From Bacteroidetes bacterium UBA6183 (lineage in GTDB: Bacteria; Bacteroidota; Bacteroidia; UKL13-3), in NCBI GenBank assembly GCA_002422865.1, contig DITN01000036.1, forward strand, positions 8,246 to 72,245: a stretch of DNA of 64,000 nt, read 5' to 3'. The translations under genes and the position numbers were made by a program. This document shows positions 58,674 to 64,000 of this stretch, piece by piece. Position 1 is the stretch's first letter. Each line of letters opens with the position of its first letter. Below the pieces are notes generated by a model, which did not search any database, had not been told where the DNA came from, and saw only the letters and a list, made by a program, of their open reading frames with translations.

Positions 58674-59264
58674 TCATTTTCTTTTCTCGAGTTTTAACAA
58701 TTCATCTATTTTAGTGTGTAATTCTCTGATCTCCTGCTCGGCTTTTAAATTAATGTTGTAATCATTTTTAGCCCTTAACCTGTCTTTGGATTCTTGTCTA
58801 TTTTGGCTCATCATAATAATGGGTGCTTGCACTGCCGCAATACAACTCAATATCAAGTTTAAAAGAATAAACGGATATTCATCAAACCGTGAACTGGTGT
58901 AGGCAAAAGTATTTAATACCACCCAAGCCAAAATAAATCCAAAAAAGGAAATAATAAACGTCCAACTTCCACCAAATTCAGCTATTTTATCTGCAATACG
59001 CTCACCAAAAGTTAAACTACTTTGGTAATTATCCTCCAACTCATCAGCCGATAATTCTAACAAATGCTCCGACTCTTGAGGTGGTTCTAATTGAAGTAAA
59101 TGGTTAATGGCCTCCGCGTCAACAAAACCCTTTTTGTCCCATTTGTGGCCGTACTTTTTAATAATTTTAACCACCTGAGGACTAATGGCTTTGGCTGGCA
59201 ACATATTTTGTGCATTACCCGACCGACCGCTTATTTGGCATACATATTCGTGATGAGTATTCAT
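58674..59264 (-). CDS. DUF1003 membrane protein
   Basis: RIADKIAEFGGSWTFI, FDEYPFILLNL, QAPIIMMSQNRQ. Confidence 0.92.
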   Translation of the reverse strand: MNTHHEYVCQISGRSGNAQNMLPAKAISPQVVKIIKKYGHKWDKKGFVDAEAINHLLQLEPPQESEHLLELSADELEDNYQSSLTFGERIADKIAEFGGSWTFIISFFGFILAWVVLNTFAYTSSRFDEYPFILLNLILSCIAAVQAPIIMMSQNRQESKDRLRAKNDYNINLKAEQEIRELHTKIDELLKLEKRK

Positions 59265-59348
59265 CGGTATTTTAAATTATCATTCTAAAATAAACTTTAT
59301 TTCAACTAAATACATCATTAGTTTTAAATTCGCGCACTTATTAAGATT

Positions 59349-61031
59349 ATGACAGACCACAAAATTATATTTTCGATGGCAGGGGTTAGCAAAACTTTCC
59401 CTCCTCAAAAACAAGTATTAAAAAACATTTACCTATCTTTTTTTTATGGTGCTAAAATTGGTGTTTTAGGTTTAAACGGTTCGGGTAAATCAAGCCTTTT
59501 AAAAATCATTGCAGGTATTGATAAAAACTTCCAGGGTGAGGTTGTATTTGATAGCAAAAACTATAAAATAGGTTTTTTAGAGCAAGAGCCAAATCTTGAC
59601 GAAACGAAAACTGTTATTGAAGTAGTAAAAGAAGGTGTGGCTGAAACAATGGCTTTGCTTGATGAGTACAATGCGGTGAATGAAGCCATGGGTGAACCCG
59701 AGAATTATGAAGACGGGGACAAAATGGAAAAGTTAATGAACCGTTCGGCTGAGTTGCAAGATAAAATTGACGCAGCTAACGCCTGGGAAATTGATACTAC
59801 ATTGGAAAAAGCCATGGATGCTTTGCGCTGCCCTGATCCTGAAACACCTATTAGTGTGTTAAGTGGTGGTGAGCGCAGACGTGTTGCCTTATGCCGTTTA
59901 ATTTTAAGTAACCCTGATATTTTATTATTAGATGAGCCTACCAATCACTTGGATGCAGAATCGGTTGATTGGTTAGAGCAATTCTTGAAAAACTTCCCGG
60001 GTACTGTTATTGCAGTAACCCATGATCGTTATTTCTTGGATAATGTTGCCGGTTGGATTCTTGAACTTGACCGTGGAGAAGGTATTCCGTGGAAAGGAAA
60101 TTACAGCAGCTGGTTAGAGCAAAAAGCCAACCGATTAAAAGCCGAAGAAAAAGCTGAAGGCAAACGTGCAAAAGCGTTGGAACGTGAGTTAGATTGGGTA
60201 CGCCAAGGTGCCAAAGGAAGACAAGCCAAACAAAAAGCCAGGTTAGGTGCTTACGATAAATTATTGAATGAGGAAACAAAGGAAAAAGAACAACAATTAG
60301 AGTTGTTTATTCCGGCAGGACCTCGTTTGGGTGATGTGGTAATTGAAGCCAAAAATGTAAGCAAAGCATATGGTGATAAATTGTTATACGAAAACCTAAA
60401 CTTTAATTTACCACGTGGTGGTATAGTTGGGGTGATAGGGCCAAATGGTGCGGGTAAAACCACATTGTTTAAATTAATGATGGGTCTTGAAGAACCAACC
60501 AGTGGCGATTTTAAAGTAGGTGAAACAGTAAAAGTTGCCTATGTAGATCAGAGTCATAAAGATTTATTACCCGAGAAAAGTGTATTTGACGTAATTAGTG
60601 GTGGAACCGAAACCATGATAGTTGGCGGTAAACAAGTAAACGCAAGAGCATACATCAGTAAATTTAATTTTGGTGGTAACGATCAAAGTAAAAAAGTGGG
60701 TGTGTTAAGTGGTGGTGAACGCAACCGTGTGCATTTGGCCATGACCTTAAAAGAAGGTGGGAATGTGTTGTTATTAGATGAACCTACCAATGATATTGAC
60801 GTAAATACTTTACGTGCTTTGGAGGAAGCCATTGAAAATTTCGCAGGTTGTGTGGTAGTGATATCCCACGACAGGTGGTTTATTGATAGAATTGCCACCC
60901 ACATTTTGGCATTTGAAGGCGACTCTCAAGTGGTATTTTTTGAAGGAGCTTACAGCGATTACGAAGAAAACAAACGTCAACGTCTGGGAAATGTGCAACC
61001 AACACGTGTTCGTTATAAAAAGATTATCTAA
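59349..61031 (+). CDS. ettA: ABC-F translational throttle protein EttA
   Basis: LSFFYGAKIGVLG, two ABC cassettes, ELDRGEGIPWKGNYSSWL, KGRQAKQKAR. Confidence 0.96.
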   Translation: MTDHKIIFSMAGVSKTFPPQKQVLKNIYLSFFYGAKIGVLGLNGSGKSSLLKIIAGIDKNFQGEVVFDSKNYKIGFLEQEPNLDETKTVIEVVKEGVAETMALLDEYNAVNEAMGEPENYEDGDKMEKLMNRSAELQDKIDAANAWEIDTTLEKAMDALRCPDPETPISVLSGGERRRVALCRLILSNPDILLLDEPTNHLDAESVDWLEQFLKNFPGTVIAVTHDRYFLDNVAGWILELDRGEGIPWKGNYSSWLEQKANRLKAEEKAEGKRAKALERELDWVRQGAKGRQAKQKARLGAYDKLLNEETKEKEQQLELFIPAGPRLGDVVIEAKNVSKAYGDKLLYENLNFNLPRGGIVGVIGPNGAGKTTLFKLMMGLEEPTSGDFKVGETVKVAYVDQSHKDLLPEKSVFDVISGGTETMIVGGKQVNARAYISKFNFGGNDQSKKVGVLSGGERNRVHLAMTLKEGGNVLLLDEPTNDIDVNTLRALEEAIENFAGCVVVISHDRWFIDRIATHILAFEGDSQVVFFEGAYSDYEENKRQRLGNVQPTRVRYKKII

Positions 61032-61056
61032 ACCTAAAGAATTATACTTTAAAATT

Positions 61057-61091
61057 ATGCCGCCTAACGCTACAGTTGGGCGGCATTTTTT
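61057..61091 (+). terminator. Intrinsic terminator after ettA
   Basis: ATGCCGCCTAAC..GTTGGGCGGCAT + T-run. Confidence 0.85.
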
Positions 61092-61148
61092 ATGCTATTT
61101 TTTTATTTGAAAACAATACATATATTGGTGTAATAATAGGCCAAACTT

Positions 61149-62276
61149 ATGTTAAGTTTCTGGGAGTCAAATTCGCTCGTAAACTACCAATATATTATTG
61201 TAGGAGCCGGTATTACCGGGTTAAGTACCGCTTGTGCCATCAAAGAAAAAAATCCCAAAGCATCTGTACTTGTTGTTGAAAAAGGAATTTTACCTACGGG
61301 TGCAAGCACTAAAAATGCCGGATTTGCTTGCATCGGATCTTATACCGAAAAATGGGCCGATTATGAACGTTTGGGTGAAGAGCAATTTTTACAATTGATA
61401 GAAGACCGATGGATTGGTTTGTACTTGTTGCGTAAGCGTTTGGGTGATGACCACATTGATTATATAAACCACGGGGGCTTCGAATTAATGATTAACGAAA
61501 CCGGAGCCGAGGGAGATAAAGTAGCTAAACTTAACGAACTGCTTGCACCTATGTTTAAAAAGCAGGTGTTTTATATCGTACCACAATTTATCAACCAGTT
61601 TGGGTTTAATGCTGATATTGTAAGCGACATGGTATTTAACCCATTTGAAGGACAAATTGATACCGGTAAAATGATGAATACGTTGCTGAATTATGCCGGT
61701 ATTTTACAGATAAGGGTAATTACAGGAACAGATGTAAAACACATTGAAGATACACCCACCGGAGCGAAAGTATATTGCCAAAATAATGGACAGCTAATTA
61801 CTTTTAATGCCGAACAGGTGGCTATTTGCACCAATGCATTTACCAAACATTTTTTACCTGATGAAGAAATAACCCCGGGACGTGGTCAGGTTTTATGCAC
61901 TGCACCAATTGATGATTTAAAGTTTACCGGCATTTTTCATTTTGATGAAGGTTATTATTATTTTAGAAACTATGGTAAACGTATAATTTTTGGTGGTGGA
62001 AGAAACATTGATTTTGAGACAGAAACTACTACACAATTTGAGTTAAACCCACGTATACAAAACCAATTAAACTATTTTTTAGACGAAGTAATTTTACCCA
62101 ATACTCCTTACACCGTAGAACACCAATGGAGTGGGATCATGGCTTTTAACGAACAAAAAACGCCATTGGTAAAACGCGTGAATCAACACGTGGTGGTAGG
62201 CGCAAGGTTAAACGGCATGGGTGTAGCACTTGCCAGTAAAATTGCTGATACGCTTGCAACATTAATGATGAAATAA
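61149..62276 (+). CDS. FAD-dependent oxidoreductase (DAO/PuuB-like)
   Basis: IVGAGITG, GASTKNAG, PGRGQV, WSGIM. Confidence 0.88.
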   Translation: MLSFWESNSLVNYQYIIVGAGITGLSTACAIKEKNPKASVLVVEKGILPTGASTKNAGFACIGSYTEKWADYERLGEEQFLQLIEDRWIGLYLLRKRLGDDHIDYINHGGFELMINETGAEGDKVAKLNELLAPMFKKQVFYIVPQFINQFGFNADIVSDMVFNPFEGQIDTGKMMNTLLNYAGILQIRVITGTDVKHIEDTPTGAKVYCQNNGQLITFNAEQVAICTNAFTKHFLPDEEITPGRGQVLCTAPIDDLKFTGIFHFDEGYYYFRNYGKRIIFGGGRNIDFETETTTQFELNPRIQNQLNYFLDEVILPNTPYTVEHQWSGIMAFNEQKTPLVKRVNQHVVVGARLNGMGVALASKIADTLATLMMK

Positions 62277-62286
62277 CAACCTGATT

Positions 62287-62793
62287 ATGATAAAAAAAAC
62301 AATCATTTTATTTACCCTGCAATTTACATTTGGACTTGCCCTTATGGCGCAAACCGTGGTTTATAAAGCCGATTTAAAACTACATCCCGACAGTAAAAAC
62401 CAAAACGGATGCGTATTGTCTATTTATGAAATGAACCAAAGCTTCGACTTTAATAATAACATAAAATGGGAGTTTAACATACAAGAGTTCACCCCCACCC
62501 TTGAGGCGGAACAGTACCTTGCCACTGTTGTAAAAAAAGAATGGTCGATTACCTTTTTACATAAACAAACCAACGAAAAGTTACAGGCAGAAAGTTTACC
62601 TAAAGAAGAATCGCTGATTAATGCGGAATGTGTGTTTAATGGAATAATCATGCCGATTGATATCAACATACATAAGAAAAAAAGTAAAGATAAATCTGTT
62701 TACAACGAACTTTCATTTTCGTTAACAGGTCATCAGGTAGGTGCAAATTCTGACGAAATATTTTTATTTAAAATGATACTTACTCCGCAATAA
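62287..62793 (+). CDS. Hypothetical secreted protein
   Basis: Signal peptide ending LMA-Q; beta-rich; no family recognised. Confidence 0.55.
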   Translation: MIKKTIILFTLQFTFGLALMAQTVVYKADLKLHPDSKNQNGCVLSIYEMNQSFDFNNNIKWEFNIQEFTPTLEAEQYLATVVKKEWSITFLHKQTNEKLQAESLPKEESLINAECVFNGIIMPIDINIHKKKSKDKSVYNELSFSLTGHQVGANSDEIFLFKMILTPQ

Positions 62794-62815
62794 CTTTTTA
62801 CAATTTTACACCAAC

Positions 62816-62849
62816 AAAAAAGCCATCAGGTATACCCGATGGCTTTTTT
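62816..62849. terminator. Bidirectional intrinsic terminator
   Basis: AAAAAAGCCATC..GATGGCTTTTTT. Confidence 0.88.
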
Positions 62850-62868
62850 CATATCATAATAAATACAG

Positions 62869-64000
62869 CTATTTCTCTTGGTTATTTTTGTGCAATTTAC
62901 TGTTACGTTTACCGTAACTAAAGTATACCAGCAACCCAAATACCATCCAGACAATTGCTACCTTAAGTGTTTGTGCATCCAAGGCTATAATCATACCGGT
63001 ACAAACCAATATACCCAAAATAGGAATTAAAGGTACCAATGGGGTTTTAAATGGTCGTTCAATCGCTGGTGATTTAACACGCATAATCCATACACCTGCA
63101 CTTACCAAAACAAAGGCGAACAACGTACCAAAACTTGTTAAATCTCCTGCCACACTGCCCGGTACAAACGCGGCAAAAAGTCCAACAAAAACAAACAAAA
63201 TAATATTGGCTTTGTATGGTGTTTTGTATTTAGGATGTAACTCGCTGAACGCTTTTGGCATCAATCCATCATTACTCATACTGAAAAATACACGGCTTTG
63301 CCCCATTAACATCACCAATATTACCGAACTGAAACCGGCTAAAATGGCAACGGTTACACTTGTACCTAACCACTCATAACCCACCATGTAATTTTGAATG
63401 GCATAAGCAACAGATGCTTCTTTTCCTGTTGTTTTAAACTCTTGCCAATTGGCAACACCCGTTAACACGTGGCCAAACAAAATGTATAAAATGGTACAAA
63501 TAACCAATGAACCTAAAATACCAATGGGCATATCACGCTTCGGATTTTTAGCTTCTTGAGCTGCTGTACTAACGGCATCAAAACCAATAAAAGCAAAAAA
63601 TACAATGGCGGCACCGCCAAGTACGCCACCCCAACCCCATTTAAAGAAACCTTCATGGCCCGGTGTACCTTCAGGAACAAGGTAAGGCATGTGGTTTTCA
63701 GGTTTAATGTATTGCCAACCTATTGCTATAAACAATAATACTATTGCAACTTTTATAAATACGATGATGGCGTTAAGCATTGCACTTTCTTGCGTACCTT
63801 TAATTAATACTAGGGTAATTAAAAATAAAATAACCAAAGCCGGTAGGTTTACAAAACCATTGGTTATTGATACAAATCCAATGAGGTTTTGTGGTAACAT
63901 GGCAAACTGCTCTTCACTTAAAATGAGCTCACCATTTTTTACCATGGTTGCCCACTCAGGTTTGTAAGCTACAATTTGCGCAATGTTATCGAAAGTTACT
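62869..64000 (-). CDS. APC-family amino acid permease, 5'-truncated by the window edge
   Basis: FFAFIGFDAVSTAAQEAKNP, GQSRVFFSMSNDG; the frame stays open from 63945 to the window end. Confidence 0.92.
   Translation of the reverse strand, partial: VTFDNIAQIVAYKPEWATMVKNGELILSEEQFAMLPQNLIGFVSITNGFVNLPALVILFLITLVLIKGTQESAMLNAIIVFIKVAIVLLFIAIGWQYIKPENHMPYLVPEGTPGHEGFFKWGWGGVLGGAAIVFFAFIGFDAVSTAAQEAKNPKRDMPIGILGSLVICTILYILFGHVLTGVANWQEFKTTGKEASVAYAIQNYMVGYEWLGTSVTVAILAGFSSVILVMLMGQSRVFFSMSNDGLMPKAFSELHPKYKTPYKANIILFVFVGLFAAFVPGSVAGDLTSFGTLFAFVLVSAGVWIMRVKSPAIERPFKTPLVPLIPILGILVCTGMIIALDAQTLKVAIVWMVFGLLVYFSYGKRNSKLHKNNQEK

Noticed and set aside
61147-61157. TTATGTTAAGT resembling the XerD arm of a dif site
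   Set aside because: No XerC arm upstream (no ATAA 6 nt before) and it overlaps a start codon
1-64000. Riboswitches, tmRNA, RNase P, SRP RNA, IS elements, phage genes, defence systems, Sec readthrough
   Set aside because: No signature recognised by eye in any gap or ORF; an Rfam cmscan and a DefenseFinder/PADLOC run would be needed to exclude them formally

Overview
AT-rich chromosomal segment of a Bacteroidota (Bacteroidia-like) bacterium, indicated by three T9SS C-terminal-domain proteins, a PorV-like gene, a murF-alr fusion and many TAnnTTTG (-7) promoter boxes. It holds about 60 genes, mostly housekeeping (lolD, recQ, HMG-CoA lyase, nupC, alkC, recX, nfuA, pdhB, lysS, rlmN, cinA, DEAD helicase, 2-oxoacid dehydrogenase E2, pckA, ettA), a czcA-type heavy-metal RND operon, tRNA-Cys(GCA) and many intrinsic terminators. 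I saw no integrase, transposase, prophage, CRISPR array or recognisable defence system. Best leads: (1) a 98-aa CxxC...PPP upstream ORF with hairpins ahead of the metal-efflux operon, a candidate metal-sensing ribosome-stalling leader; (2) a sensor-less histidine pseudokinase (phospho-His kept, ATP boxes lost) joined to one of two paralogous LytTR regulators; (3) a 39-aa Lys/Ala/Pro histone-H1-like gene absent from the ORF track, next to (4) a ~600-bp non-coding region with DnaA-box-like and IHF-like motifs (possible oriC); (5) a composite REP-like palindromic element; (6) a 46-codon uORF plus hairpin before an FMN glutamate-synthase-family gene. All family calls come from motif recognition by eye; no database search was run.
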